Both the position numbers and the translations under genes were made by a program. The notes under the pieces are model-generated. The model worked only from the letters and a program-made list of their open reading frames with translations. It was not told where the DNA came from and did no database searches. DNA of 63,915 bases from Welwitschia mirabilis (lineage: Eukaryota): the NCBI GenBank assembly GCA_051453625.1, contig JBOZIK010000001.1:8585711-8649625 (forward strand), given 5' to 3'. How positions within the stretch are numbered: position 1 is the stretch's first letter; the number at the start of each line of letters is the position of its first letter. Below, piece after piece: positions 14,053 through 28,519 of the stretch.

Positions 14053-15118
14053 TTACTGTGTATATTTGTGTAAATGTTATGTTTCTAAGAAGATCCTATG
14101 ATTCACAAATAAATATAGATTTTACATAATACAATATACTAATATAACTAGGAGTGGATCTGAATCTTATATTTCGTCAAAGGCATAGGCTAGAATAAAT
14201 AGAATTGATTTCAAAAGAAATACTTATGTATTCTTAGTAACAAAAATAGAATGCAAAGTAGAAAATTATAATGCAAACACACTTATGCAAAGTTAATTTA
14301 GGAAAGAAAAAAGAATAATGCATCTTAACTAAGAATGCTCAATATTGACAAAGATTGCCTTCATAATCTATATTACTTAAGAAACTATCATCAAATCAAA
14401 AGCAACATAAACTATAAGGGATAAGTACATACTAAGCATAGAAAAATAGAAAAGAGTTCTTGAATTAATATAGAACCAACATCTATGTTACAAAGCAGTT
14501 ACACCTCACTGGAGGAAGCATAGCCTAACACCAACAAAGACATCTCTCTGAAACTACAATGGATGGATCTCTAGCCCTTTGATCTCTTGTCATTATAATT
14601 TATAGTGCCAGTGAAGACATGTAGAAGTCAAGGGTNNNNNNNNNNNNNNNNNNNNNNNNNNNNNNNNNNNNNNNNNNNNNNNNNNNNNNNNNNNNNNNNN
14701 NNNNNNNNNNNNNNNNNNNNNNNNNNNNNNNNNNNNNNNNNNNNNNNNNNNNNNNNNNNNNNNNNNNNNNNNNNNNNNNNNNNNNNNNNNNNNNNNNNNN
14801 NNNNNNNNNNNNNNNNNNNNNNNNNNNNNNNNNNNNNNNNNNNNNNNNNNNNNNNNNNNNNNNNNNNNNNNNNNNNNNNNNNNNNNNNNNNNNNNNNNNN
14901 NNNNNNNNNNNNNNNNNNNNNNNNNNNNNNNATAAGAAGTTTACTTCAAAATGAGAAATTTGTAAATTAATTTAAATGCTGAAAAATATCATGAAGATTA
15001 CATGTTTTTGTACTTTCATATCAGCTTTTTATTATCATAGAAATCTAGCATAAACCTATCTAATATCCTACAAAACTACTTAAAATAACCTATTAAATAC
15101 ATGTAAGTTGGTAGTGCA
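14053..15118 (-). repeat. Athila-like LTR copy (interrupted by gap)
   Basis: Follows the second PBS. The left part is homologous to 12780-13350; the right part (...ctacttaaaataacctattaaatacatgtaagttggtagtgca) matches 16580-16766 and the end of 56332-57568. Confidence 0.6.
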
Positions 15119-15699
15119 ATAATGATGTTAGCATCTACGAAGTCTAAATTAATAATATGGTGTCCTATACATTTTTAGACCAAATGATGTTAATATTGTA
15201 ACATCCTATATAATTTTAAGACTGATGAGGTCAGCCTACATTAGTAATGTAATATTCTATATGGTTTCAAGATAGATGACATCAACATGATATCAGTAAT
15301 GTAGCATCCAGTAATATGATTGATGATATCAGCATCTAAAAGTCTACATTAATAGGCTGGTGTTCTATACATTTTTAGGCCTAATGATGTTAGCCTATAT
15401 TAGTAGTGTAATGCCCTATATAGTTTTAAGACTAATGATNNNNNNNNNNNNNNNNNNNNNNNNNNNNNNNNNNNNNNNNNNNNNNNNNNNNNNNNNNNNN
15501 NNNNNNNNNNNNNNNNNNNNNNNNNNNNNNNNNNNNNNNCCAAGCAACAGATCAAATATGGATTATTTTAAAATAAGAAGAGATCTAAAAAAATAAAGGA
15601 GATATAATCCTATGTATGTAATGGATATGGACATGTTACAAAAAAATGTCCAAATAACAGAAGAGATTAGAGGAATGTTACAGTTCATATTTTTGAAAA

Positions 15700-16766
15700 T
15701 GATTACATTTAAAAAGGTCCTATCATTTACAACTAAAATAGATATCTTGCACAATACAACACACTAATATAGATGGGAGTTAACTCAAATGTTGTAATTC
15801 ATTAAAGGCCTAGGCTAGAAGAAAGAGAATTAATTTTAATAATAAATACTCATGTATTCTAGCAATAGAAATAAATTGCAATGTAGAAAAGTACAATGCA
15901 GTACACTTATGCAAAGTTAATCTAGGAAAGAAAAATAGTAATGCACATAAACTAATAATGCTCCACCCTGATAAATGTTACCCTCATAACCTAGATCACT
16001 TAAGAAATTATTACTAAATTAGAAGCAACATAAAATATGAGAAATAAGTAATAACAACTATAGAAAATGAAAAAGAGTTCTTTGTATTAATCAGATCACA
16101 TCCATGTTATAAAGAAACCATACCTCAATGGATGAAGCACAGCCCAATACCAAGGAAGATGTCTTCCTAAGACTCCCAAGGATGAATCTCTGACCCTTTT
16201 ATCACCTATCATGAGAACTTCTAGTATAAGTAATAAGAAGATGAAGTCAAGGGTAGAATCAATACTTTTTGATAATAAACACATAAACATCAAAATAGAT
16301 AAATAGGAGCAGGCATAACTCTAATGGCTACATAAGAGACATATAGACAAATGGAAAAAGTTATGTGAATGTTTAGTAGAGTATTATAATATATGTTGTC
16401 TTATTGGTAATCTAGATAATATAGGGAATGATATCACCTTATAAGAAATTTGTATCATCTTGATCATAGTCAGCATCCTCATTGGATTTAGTCTTATATT
16501 ATTTGTATAGTTATCTAGATGATGAGGTGAATGATAGGATTTTACAAGTATTTATCTAATGCATTAGCCTCAATGTTTGTAGGAAGTTTTCTTTAAAATA
16601 GGAAGTATTGTAAAATACTATAAATGCTTTAAAATATCAAGAAGATTGCATGTTTTTGTATTGTTAATCTTAGCTCTTTATTATCATAGAAATCTAGCAT
16701 AAACCTGTCTAATATCCTATAAAACTACTCAAAATAACCTATTAAAAACATGTAATTGGTAGTGCA
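15700..16766 (-). repeat. Athila-like LTR copy
   Basis: Homologous to 12800-13440 in its left part and to the LTR end at 57430-57568 in its right part (tactcaaaataa...); ends in ...gtgca. Confidence 0.6.
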
Positions 16767-16769
16767 ATA

Positions 16770-17470
16770 ATGATGCTAGCATCTACAAAGTATAAATTAA
16801 TAATATGGTGTCCTATACATTTTTAGACCAAATGATGTTAATATTGTAGCATCCTATACAATTTTAAGACTGATGAGGTCAGCCTACATTAGTAATGTAA
16901 TATCCTATATGGTTTCAAGATAGATGACATCAACATGATATTAGTAATGTAGCATCCAGTAATTTGATTGATGATGTCAGCATCTAAAAGCCTACATTAA
17001 TAGGCTGGTGTTCTATACATTTTTAGGCCTAATGATGTTAGCCTATATTAGTAGTGTGATACCCTATATAGTTTTAAGACTAATGATGTTCGCCTCCATC
17101 AATAGTATGACTCCCTTCACAGTTTTAAGATAGATGATGTTAGCATGATATCTATAACTTCATTTCCTATAATAATTTGGTTAAGGATGTTAGCATTCAG
17201 GAAGCCTGCATTACTAGTGTGGTGCCTTATAAATTTCCAATGCTAGTGATATCAGCATGATATTAGTAGTATAATGCTATAAGGTAATTTGGTTGATGAT
17301 GTTAACATCTAAAAAGCCTATATCAACAATGTGGTATCCTATATAGTTCTATGATAGATGATGTCAACCTACATTAGTAGTGTGGCAACCTATATAATTA
17401 TAAGACTGATGATATCAACCTACATTAGTAGTATAATGTATTATATAGTTCCAACACTGATGATGTCAGC
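16770..17470. repeat. Degenerate ~51-bp tandem array (consensus approx. gatgatgtcagcctacattagtagtgtggcatcctatatagttttaagact)
   Basis: gatgat starts at 17357, 17408 and 17459 give a period of 51. About a dozen diverged units, some longer variants with a gcatctaaaagcc insert. A near-identical partial copy lies at 15120-15439. Confidence 0.85.
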
Positions 17471-18599
17471 CTGACAACTATCACATCAACTAATAACTTA
17501 CTATTACATTATTATTACATCACTATCACATCAACTGATTACATCATTACTACATCACTTTTACCTCATTAAGTATTTAGGATTCTTGGATTTTCTCCTA
17601 TAAATATGAGGGAATGACCCTTTTTTTTACTCATGTTTTCTTGATACTTTGACCCTTTGATCCAAAGTTTTTTTTATTTGCCTTTTTTCTTTTAATACTC
17701 TACTTTACATTATTAATAAAAGTCCTTTCATTTATTAGTGCCTTGATGTCTTCCTGAAAGCTTTTTTTTTGTTCTTTTATTTTACTCCTTCTTATCAAGT
17801 ATGCCTCAAAATGCTTATCCTAATATAACATGATTTAATTATGATCTTAGATTTGGTGATGAGAAGATCTATAATATATTAACTCAAGTGGAATTTGCTT
17901 AGGTAATAAACTCAAATATTTTTTTCCTCATTTTAATTTTTGTTCATCCAAAATATTTATGATTTTGAATTCCATTTATATCTCTTTTGATCTGCAAACT
18001 ATTCTTTTATGCATTCTCAATATGAACTTATCCATATTTTTTCTTATTCTATCCAAAGTACTTTTGATCTTTCTAGTGAAAGTTTTATNNNNNNNNNNNN
18101 NNNNNNNNNNNNNNNNNNNNNNNNNNNNNNNNNNNNNNNNNNNNNNNNNNNNNNNNNNNNNNNNNNNNNNNNNNNNNNNNNNNNNNNNTCCAAAATATTT
18201 ATGATTTTGAATTCCATTTATATCTCTTTTGATCCGCAAACTCATTCTTTTATGCATTCTCAATATGAACTTATCCATATTTTTTGTTATTCTATCCAAA
18301 GTACTTTTGATCTTTCTAGTGAAAGTTTTATTCCTAAAAGTTTTACTCTTTTTAAGCTAGATAGTTTAGATTTCTTTCAAATTACTTATTATAACTTTGT
18401 GAATGTAAAGGTTTATCATCATGGATATCATGGTGTTCCCATTTAATCTATTTTTTATTTCTTATTATGCTGCCTTTGGGTTATTAATTACTAAATGCTA
18501 GTTTCTTTATTTTCCTTCCTTACAACTCCTTGAGTATGTTATTTGTCTTCTATCCTTTGCATATGATAGAGGAGTTTCCTTTGATTAAAGTCAAAGTAT

Positions 18600-21500
18600 T
18601 TATACTAAAGTTATCTCTCAACTTTATGAAGCCAAGGAAAATTTTGATTTAGGTAGCCTAACTTATGAGGAAGTCCTACTTTATTTATATTTTGCTTTTT
18701 ATAAAAGAAATTCCTTTATGAATATCAAACAAATTGAGCTTTCTTATGGTGTAATAATGTGTCTTTCTTCTCTTCCTATCATTCATCCTGATGGAGATAT
18801 CCTAGCTTCTATTAAGAAGCGTAATCTAATTTATTACTTTATTAGTGGGATGTATTCCTCAAAGGTAAGGATTTGTTTTATTCTTTTACTTGGTATTTAA
18901 GATTATTTTTATTCTTTCATTGGTCTTGAATTTCTTCTTATAGATGGATATTCAAGAAGAGTTCTCCTCCAAAACTCCTTACTTATTGACTTAAAGAGGG
19001 ATAAGGCTTTTCATTTATAGCCTTCTATTACAAATGATGATGATGATAAAGAAGATTCTTATCCATCATGCTTCATTGTAACAATCAATGAGTCACTCCA
19101 TGTTTTTTTCCCCCATTTACTTATTCTATGTATTGGACTTATCTTATTTTTTGATTCTTATTCCTTGTTTTATTTATGGAAGAATCACCCAAAATGTCCT
19201 TCCCTAAATCCTACCCAAAAAAAAGGAAAATTAAATGTGGATGAATATAGAAGTATTCATTTAAAGCCAAAGTAAGTTATTTTCTTAGCTTACCTTCATT
19301 ACCTAGTTTAGAAATCCAAAACTCTTTCTGAATTTAAAGAGGATGATCCTAATGGATTAATTAATTTTGATATTTTATTGTATGTAATGGATTTCTTGGC
19401 TACTCCTTTAGCTACCCCAAAAATGTTTACTATTCCTATAATATTTCATCTTTCCACCTAGTTTGCAACTCCACATCCACCTATTTCTACTTAAACTGGC
19501 CTATGGATTTCTTCTTTTAAGATGGATAAGACTTTACTAGCCTTACTTTCTAACTTGATTTTAAAAGATCTATGCTTAATTGCTCATATTAAAAAGGTAA
19601 AGAGATTACAGGATTTAATAGTTTGATAAGCAACTTAGAGGTATCACTGAGAGGATGCCTTTCATTTCAAAAATTGAATGGGTGATAATGTTGAAGAATA
19701 TTTTTAAGCGATTCATATATGAAATTTTACTCAGTGTCATCCTATGGATCTTTCATAGAATCTTATTCATTAATACTTTAAGCTAATCATTAATGAACTT
19801 GGGGTATCATGTTATATGGTTCATTTCAAGATGTACCAATTGGAGAATGTAAAATTCCAAAATCATTTGTTGGTGGTAGAGTTTATTTACTATTATCTTT
19901 CATTTTTTTTTAGATTAAAAAATCTTTTTTACATTTTGTTATCTCTTTCTTTAGGCTAAAATCAATGGTTTAATAAGGGAAAATTAAACATTAAAAATCA
20001 GGTAGTAATGGATGGAAATCTCTATGGTGACTCTTTTTTAGAAGAATCTTTGAATTACCCATTTGAAATGAGTATTTAGTCATTCCCTAGAAAGGATTAT
20101 GGTAGCCAAGGAGGATCTTTTTCACTTTTTACCATATATGTAGAGTGTCAAAGGAGCATTTAGAGGCTTCTATTCACTACATTATTACTTTATTGAATCA
20201 TTATTATAATAAGTCCATAATAATGAATTACCTTATTCTAGAGAACACTAAGAAAGAGATCCTTCCAAATCCTCTTAATACTTCACTATGTGGTAGTAAT
20301 CACATATCAGTCCTAGTCATGATGCTTTTGACCAAGAATGATGTATGATTAATGGCATTGATTTATCTTCTTATGGACCCGCTATTCTAGAAATTATTCC
20401 TAATATTTTACTTTTTCACATCTCTTAGCATTATGTTGTAATAGACTAACTTTATGTAGTAATATAGAATACTATTGAAAAATTTGTGTGTTTATGGATC
20501 ATTCGACTCTAATACCAATTGTAACATTCCCATTAACTTTTTATCAAATTAGATAAAAAGGTTTTAATGGTAACATGGGAATGTAATTTAGGAATAAGAA
20601 AGCTTAAGAATAATGATAACTCTATTTAAAGTGATGTAAACATAATAGATGCAAAAAGAACATTTTAACTTAAATTTATTGAATATGGTTGAAAATGGAT
20701 CTTGAGGCTTTATCAATGCCAAATGTAATTTCTTGGTATGGTGGCCCAACCACATTATATTGCCTTTAAGATCTAATCTATGGAACCAACAGAGGTCTAG
20801 CCTGCTTGTCAAGGGCTCAATATGTACTTGTGCAAATCCCATGCATGTCTTTTTCTTTCTTAAGCATTCCCTTTAATAAAAATAAAACTTTACATCCTTT
20901 TATAGTAGCTTTATATAAGGGTNNNNNNNNNNNNNNNNNNNNNNNNNNNNNNNNNNNNNNNNNNNNNNNNNNNNNNNNNNNNNNNNNNNNNNNNNNNNNN
21001 NNNNNNNNNNNNNNNNNNNNNNNNNNNNNNNNNNNNNNNNNNNNNNNNNNNNNNNNNNNNNNNNNNNNNNNNNNNNNNNNNNNNNNNNNNNNNNNNNNNN
21101 NNNNNNNNNNNNNNNNNNNNNNNNNNNNNNNNNNNNNNNNNNNNNNNNNNNNNNNNNNNNNNNNNNNNNNNNNNNNNNNNNNNNNNNNNNNNNNNNNNNN
21201 NNNNNNNNNNNNNNNNNNNNNNNNNNNNNNNNNNNNNNNNNNNNNNNNNNNNNNNNNNNNNNNNNNNNNNNNNNNNNNNNNNNNNNNNNNNNNNNNNNNN
21301 NNNNNNNNNNNNNNNNNNNNNNNNNNNNNNNNNNNNNNNNNNNNNNNNNNNNNNNNNNNNNNNNNNNNNNNNNNNNNNNNNNNNNNNNNNNNNNNNNNNN
21401 NNNNNNNNNNNNNNNNNNNNNNNNNNNNNNNNNNNNNNNNNNNNNNNNNNNNNNNNNNNNNNNNNNNNNNNNNNNNNNNNNNNNNNNNNNNNNNNNNNNN

Positions 21501-22450
21501 NNNNNNNNNNNNNNNNNNNNNNNNNNNNNNNNNNNNNNNNNNNNNNNNNNNNNNNNNNNNNNNNNNNNNNNNNNNNNNNNNNNNNNNNNNNNNNNNNNNN
21601 NNNNNNNNNNNNNNNNNNNNNNNNNNNNNNNNNNNNNNNNNNNNNNNNNNNNNNNNNNNNNNNNNNNNNNNNNNNNNNNNNNNNNNNNNNNNNNNNNNNN
21701 NNNNNNNNNNNNNNNNNNNNNNNNNNNNNNNNNNNNNNNNNNNNNNNNNNNNNNNNNNNNNNNNNNNNNNNNNNNNNNNNNNNNNNNNNNNNNNNNNNNN
21801 NNNNNNNNNNNNNNNNNNNNNNNNNNNNNNNNNNNNNNNNNNNNNNNNNNNNNNNNNNNNNNNNNNNNNNNNNNNNNNNGCAAACTATACACTCTTGCTA
21901 ATGTAATGGTTTAAACTTGGAACCTTGTATTCAAGATGTTGAAGATTTGACCATTATGAAAATTGATTTTAAACAATGATCTCAATACTTTATCTAACTC
22001 AAAATTTAATAATATAGGTGGGGTTGGTTCTTTTTAGATTCTATAGGATTGTAGGTTGAAGTGAACATATTAGTTATGAATTTAGTAATTATCTTATGAT
22101 CACTTTACTATTAATAGGCTTTAAAATTTACTAACATTTCATTTAAAATAGGAAGTATTCCCTATTGATTATGTAATAATATAAAGAAAAAGAATTTTAT
22201 CTTTTGTAGTGATTTTAAACAATGGAATAATGATGTTGTTCTTAATTCTACCTAGACTTGCATTTATATGTAATTAATAATTTAAAAAGTTGATCAAGTT
22301 CCCATCCAATGTATGGATTTCTTGATTTAATTCTTTAAAAGTTAAAGCATATTATCTTTTAGTTAAAGATATTTATACTTATTTATCTAGAAATATTGAT
22401 TGGACTGGGTTTTGGTAAAGTGGACTAAGACGAAGTTGCTAATTAGCAAA
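18600..22450 (+). mobile_element. Possible highly decayed LINE relic
   Basis: Weak motifs only: LSSLPII...SSKVRICF (ORF1-like, 18718..18900), possible CxxC remnant ~19070, DHS ~20500, GGVG..DSIG (RNase H-like) ~22015-22050. Large internal gap. Confidence 0.25.
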
Positions 22451-24249
22451 AAATATTCAAGACAATCTCAAAAGCTTCCAATTACCAAAGATTAAGATTT
22501 TATTATGATTACTTTCTCACTGAGGTTGGACCTCTTAGTAAATCACTATAACACATTTACAATGAAAAGATCAAATGTCTATGATGTAAAAATATTGAGT
22601 CTTTTCAACATTTTTTGTATAAACATGTTTTGATTAAAAACTTAACTACATTATTTTTAATGTAACTTTAGATGCCTTAGATTAATTTTTCAAGTGGTCT
22701 ATAGTAGGATTACAAGTAATGAAATAGAAAAAATATCAGATTTGCTTTGTACATTTAATCTTTATATGAGATTTGAAAGATCAGATGCTTCAAGATATTC
22801 TAATAATTTAATGCAAAAGTACATTTAGAATATATATATCTTAAATAGCTATTTACAACTTAACTTTATTTAATGNNNNNNNNNNNNNNNNNNNNNNNNN
22901 NNNNNNNNNNNNNNNNNNNNNNNNNNNNNNNNNNNNNNNNNNNNNNNNNNNNNNNNNNNNNNNNNNNNNNNNNNNAATTTAATGCAAAAATACATTTAGA
23001 ATATATATATCTTAAATAACTATTTACAACTTAACTTTATTTAATGACTTAGAATTAGAGGATCATTATTTGAATTATTTGATATCTACTTGAATGGGAA
23101 TTGAAACTCACATTTGATTACTTTTGTTCTATATTACTTTATCCTTTGTTTTATATAATTATAGCTAACTAGTATTTTTGAATCTTACTTCTCTTTCTTA
23201 TGTTTATTTTATGCAAATGAACCATGTTGCTGAGGTATTATCCTTAAATATTTTTTCTTACCTCTCTCTGTACCCTTTTTATATAGGTCTCTATTACTTT
23301 ATTAAGGTATCTATTCCCCTTTTCCAAAGAAATGAACTATGATGAAAAGAAAGTAACTCAATTTAGGTTCTAAAAACTAATTTTTCTTAAAACATTTTGT
23401 ACTTAATTTATAATTTATAATTAAAAAATTAAATTATTTTATCATCACTTTTCAAGCTAAGATTAAACATTATTATTAATGTTGGAAAGAGATAGAATGT
23501 ACATATAAAAGTAAAAGTCTTGTTTTCCTTAAGACAATAATTGTCTTAAACCTTCAAAGAATATCCATATTCTTTTCAAGACTCCTTTGTTTAAAAGTTA
23601 CTTATTTGATTTTGTCATTAATGTCATTTTATTTTAAATATTATCTATTTAACCTTTGTATTCTTTAGGTATCATTTCAAGTATGGAACATGTTGGTTCT
23701 ATTAGAACATGGTGTAGAGGTATCCACGCTTAAGAAATAAATGTGAAGCTTGGTTAATCCAATAATTAATAAACTGAAATAACACAAAGTTTTCATTCAT
23801 CACAAATTAAGTACATGAATAGTTATTCATTAACATAACAACTAATCAAAAAAATATAACTATTAAATTAATTTATAAATAATTGGTATTAGTAAAAAAA
23901 GTTCTACTAATTTATCTTTTAGTGCTTCATCCTCTCTAATTAGGCATTATTAACCAAAAACAAATGTAGGATCTTTAGGAAAGAATAGAAAATCAAGTAA
24001 GTATTATGGATCTCTTCTAATGATTTTTTGTGCAAAGATATAATTGAAAATGAACTATGAGATAAGATTATCTTACTATGATTAGATAAGATTAAAAAAA
24101 TGAAACTAATATTAAACATGAAAAGAAATCATCTCTTCACATTATAGTAGAAATACTTGGTTAAAGCTCAACAGATTATAATAACTCCTATGATATGGAA
24201 ATTTTAGCACACGTTGCCATAGAAAATAAATTTTTGTCTTCAAAAAATG

Positions 24250-24790
24250 CATAATTCGATTTTTCAAAAAGAGGTTTTAAGCGTAACAGTTGAAACATAC
24301 TCTTTACTAGAAAGTTTTCTTTATGATAAATGTGGCAAAGACTTAAATCTAGCTTTTCTATGTTTAAGATTCCCATACAATGAAGAAACACAGTGTAAGA
24401 TTAATTCCTTATAATTGATTAACTCTTATTTCTATCTCCCACAGCTAACTTTTTAAATTTTCTAAAGAAACATTATAAATAGACTCTTATTGGTTGAGCA
24501 ATAGATATAACTTTCTAGTCCTTAGCCTCGAATATTTACTAATAAGATGATGAACCATTGGTTCAAAGTAGGAAGAAATGATGTCATTATGAAATATATC
24601 CCTTCCATTTTCATAATCAAATGATCCAATGTATTCAAAACCTCAATAATAGATTTGTAAGTGAAAAATAAGGGCTCCACTATTTTTTCAGTTCAAATAG
24701 TAAATTGTAAAGAGGCAAGTTCCATACTTTAGATGCACATATCAATTTGGGTTAAACTAAAGTTGGAAAAATACCATTTTAGTTTCTTAT
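24250..24790 (-). mobile_element. Possible decayed RNase H-like (RVT_3-type) domain of a retroelement
   Basis: SLCHIYHKEN (ORF 24188..24391) resembles SHIYREGN; KKLAVGD upstream resembles the xEGDS motif. Weak. Confidence 0.25.
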
Positions 24791-25901
24791 TGCATTAGAT
24801 AAGAACTTTAAAAAGAGGAGTGGTTTGAAGATTAGCAAAGTGGGATGTCATTCCTAATTCTTTAATAGATGAAGAACTCTCTAGGAAGTGTGTACTAAAG
24901 ATGAGAATAATTGGATGAGTAAGGAATGTATTTTTTATATAGTATTATTTTATTTTATTTACTTTTATTCTCTAATAAGTATTTAGTTATTAAGATTTTA
25001 TGTTATAATACATGTCAAGATAATAAGTTAACAAATCAAAATAAGATAACATCTATTAAGGTAAGTAGCACACTTGATAATAATATTAGATTTAGTAGAT
25101 TTCAGGTATGAATTTACTCTTCTTTAATGAGTTGTGTATCAATCGAAGAATCCTAAACTGATTAAGTACTTAATTTCAAGCTCATAATTTAGTACTTGTT
25201 GTAAGGAGCCACTAGCTAAGATTTCAGGACTAAGTGATTTAGTAAATTATTGATTTTTTGCAAAATTTATTTTACTAATTAATTTTATGATTCTGATTCA
25301 CAACTTTGAATTAGAATTTTAATTGCTACAACTATATTCCTAAAATTAAATATATTAAAAATAACCATATTCATAAATAATTAAACTTAAGTTGATTAAT
25401 TTACCAAAATAGGACTAGATCCCTAAACCAAAACATAAATCAACTTAATAACATTTAGTTAAAGCCCTTTGAATATTTGAGAAAGATCCATTTTTTATAA
25501 TCCAAGATTAAAAACTTTACTACCAAATTAGATTTAACAAATTAAATAATTTATAGCCTTGAAGTTAAGATATAGATTAAAATTTAGTTTAATATGATTA
25601 ATTAGTGATCAGGTATTCAAAGTTTATTTTGAGAAGGTGAGGTTAATCTTTTAAAGACCTCTTCGACTTTCTTCTTTAACTTTACTTTACATATCTTAAT
25701 TCTCATTATTTTTAGTAAATATTCATATAATGCCTTGGGAATTTGAAGATAGTTTTTAAGAATCGTAGGCCCCCTTTGAATCTCCAATGCTAACTCAACG
25801 TGTAAACTTAAAGATCCTCTTCGAGAATCTTAAGATTCCTAAAGGCCATCTTGAAGATCCCGGATGTTGTGTTAGCTTGATAACTTAACTACCACCACTC
25901 T

Positions 25902-26330
25902 CACTATTAGAAATTCAACTTATTAGAAAATTTGCAAAATGCCTTATAAGGCCTTGAAAATTGCCTTAAATGCTTTGTAGGACTTTTAGAAAATTTTTTA
26001 AAAAAAATCCTCTACAGCTTTACTATAATTACTCAAAAAATTTTACATCATTTTTAAAAGTACCCTAAAAATCCAAAAAAAAATTTCTTTAAAATCTCTC
26101 TATTAGGGAATTTAGAAACACACCCTAGAGGTTCCTTTAGTGTAGTTCTAAGAAATACCCTAAAAGGGTCTTTTTAGAATGCTTCTGAAGAATGCCCTAA
26201 AAGGTTATTGTTAGGGCACTTCTAGAAAATGCCCTAAAAGATTCTTTTGAGGGTGCTTTTAAAAATGCCATAAAAATGTCATAATGCTAGGCTTTTAGGG
26301 AGTTTATTAAAAAAATATCGTAAAAAGTCT
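25902..26330. mobile_element. CACTA terminus with subterminal repeat array
   Basis: Begins cactattagaaatt and is followed by repeated aatgccctaaaag/aatgcctta motifs in both orientations. atgccttataaggccttgaaaattgccttaaatg resembles the reverse complement of the 49522 CACTA end (atgccttgcaatgcctttaaaaattccttaaaag). Confidence 0.65.
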
Positions 26331-27299
26331 AATGTTAGCTTAAAAAAACATAGACTCCCTTAACTACTTATTTAGAAATTAATTTGCATGAATGACAATG
26401 TAATTTTTAATTGAGCCCCTAATTCAGGTTTTTGAATTTTAGTTTATAGGCGTATAATCGAATAGAAATCTATAAGCATAAAAACAAAGGGTATAGGTGA
26501 TCCATATGAGGAAGCAAAAAATACATCAAACAATCCTCTTTAGAAAAGTATCGAACTCATAAAGATATTATATTATATGCTTAGTGTAATGGAATGGTAT
26601 CACGTTGCCCAAAATGAGCTACTATAAAGAATAAATAGAATAGAGGTAATAAAACAAAAGTAAGAAAAAGAGTGATGTTAAAAGAAAACGTACTTAGTGA
26701 TGGCTTATATGTGACTTCTTCCATTGTATGCAAGAAACCAATTAGCTCATCCCATAGGGGATGCTTTACAAGTGTAACCAAGGTTCGACGGTCTGAGCCT
26801 GAAATGAGACGGAGTAATCATTTTATTCTTAGAATCTATTATCTTTTCTAACCTTATTTTGAAATTGACCATTGCATTAAGTGGGTATTGTACCATTGGT
26901 TATAATACTCCTTTTTTATAATAGTTTGTAGTTCTCTTTTGATGTAAGAATAGTCTCCTTACTAATCAGCCTTTTCACCCCATATTTCACATATGATTTT
27001 CTTGTCATTCCATGCCTATTCATGCATGTAATATAAGAGTTTCTTAATTTTATTCTCAACGTGGACTTCAAAAAGAAGGAAAAATTAAAAAAAGGACTTT
27101 TCAGTTCAAATTTATCTTACATGAAACATTTACTTTATGGATATTTGTTATTTCAATCTTTATCTCATGCTACCCGTTATATGGAAGCTCTATAGCATTG
27201 GCCTCTATTTGGTTATTAGGATTAGAAAACTTTAGTAGATAAATACTATAAATCAACATATGAGATTTAGAAACTAAAGCTAGAGGATCTATTATATAA

Positions 27300-28066
27300 G
27301 CAAAAGGTCAAGAACTAAAGTTTTTTATTTAAAGAATAACCTTGTAGCTTACATTTGTCCTAATCAATAAACAATATCAAATGGATCACAAGGATTTGAC
27401 AACTATTCCATATTGCATTAATACCTTAGCTATTATAAAAATGTAGGAGGAAGCTTCTAAACATGGTTTATGGAAAAGAAGGGATAACATCAATCTAGTG
27501 AAAACTATCATTAAGTATGAGTGCTACTCTAGCAAAGAATCTATACTAGTCAACTAATACCATTGGTGGTTCAGTTGGAGATAAGGCTATTGTGATGAAA
27601 GGAATAATAAAAAGAAATATCCAATATGTTAGCATTGTAAGAATTCTAAACATGGTAATTAAAACCAAGAAATTATTAAATACTAAACACCACATAAAAG
27701 GGATGTTTTGTAGATTAAAAATACATGTAAGGTAAGATCTTTTATTTCTTTAGGGTTTTCTCTAAGTCTTATTAAAGAGCCACCCTAATTTCTCAATTTG
27801 TCAGATCATTTTTCTTTATAAGTAAAGGACTCTTGTAAGCAAAAAAAGGATAGTAGTAGCATTTTATAGAGTTTCTATTACCTTTTACTAGTTGTCATAT
27901 TTGTTTATCTAAATATAAGAGTGCTTTACCATTCTTTTGTGGACTAGAAAAAGGTCAAACCACATTAAAACCATTGTGTGCTCTATTCTCTTACATGTTT
28001 TAGTTTCTTTTCATTTTTTATTTTTCTTGTTTCATCTACTAAAATATTCGGCCATAGTTTGTAACA
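27300..28066 (+). mobile_element. Probable copia-type relic: gag zinc-knuckle remnant plus ~360-bp LTR (27704-28066)
   Basis: KKKYPIC*HCKNSKHG (~27610-27657) is a CxxCxxxxH knuckle. Purine run aaaaggga is followed by tgtt...aaca termini with an internal tataagtaa TATA-like motif. Confidence 0.4.
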
Positions 28067-28519
28067 TGTTAAAGAATAATAAAGATCATACTTAGTGGAA
28101 TCTTTTGGTTTTATTCTAGTTTTAATATCTAAAAGTAAGAAGATGAGGGAAACAAAGCAGCGAAGCTAGGGTTTGGATTTCAAGGTGCACAATGGTAATA
28201 GAGGGGCAGTTTCACCTCTAACGCATCTTCCATACACTAAAGTATTGCCTCTATCGTGGCTTCTCCACATAAATGCTTTATTGAAGGCTTTATAGAGGTA
28301 GTTTTTAGTTTATAAGTTTTTTGCCCTTGGTGTAGTCTCTTAAATGCACTTTTGGGACTAAAACTTAGCTCTATAATGGTAGATAAATTATTAGGTACCA
28401 AATATTATGAAATTTGGTAGGGAAAAGAAAACCTCAAAGTTTTCCTAACTTATATTTTGATTTCAAGCGTAAAGGATATATCATCCATGCAAAGATTCTT
28501 ATTAACTAATTTAAGCATC

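Noticed and set aside
16770-17470. Possible CRISPR-like repeat array
   Set aside because: Whole units are homologous with no unique spacers, there are no cas genes, and the context is eukaryotic.
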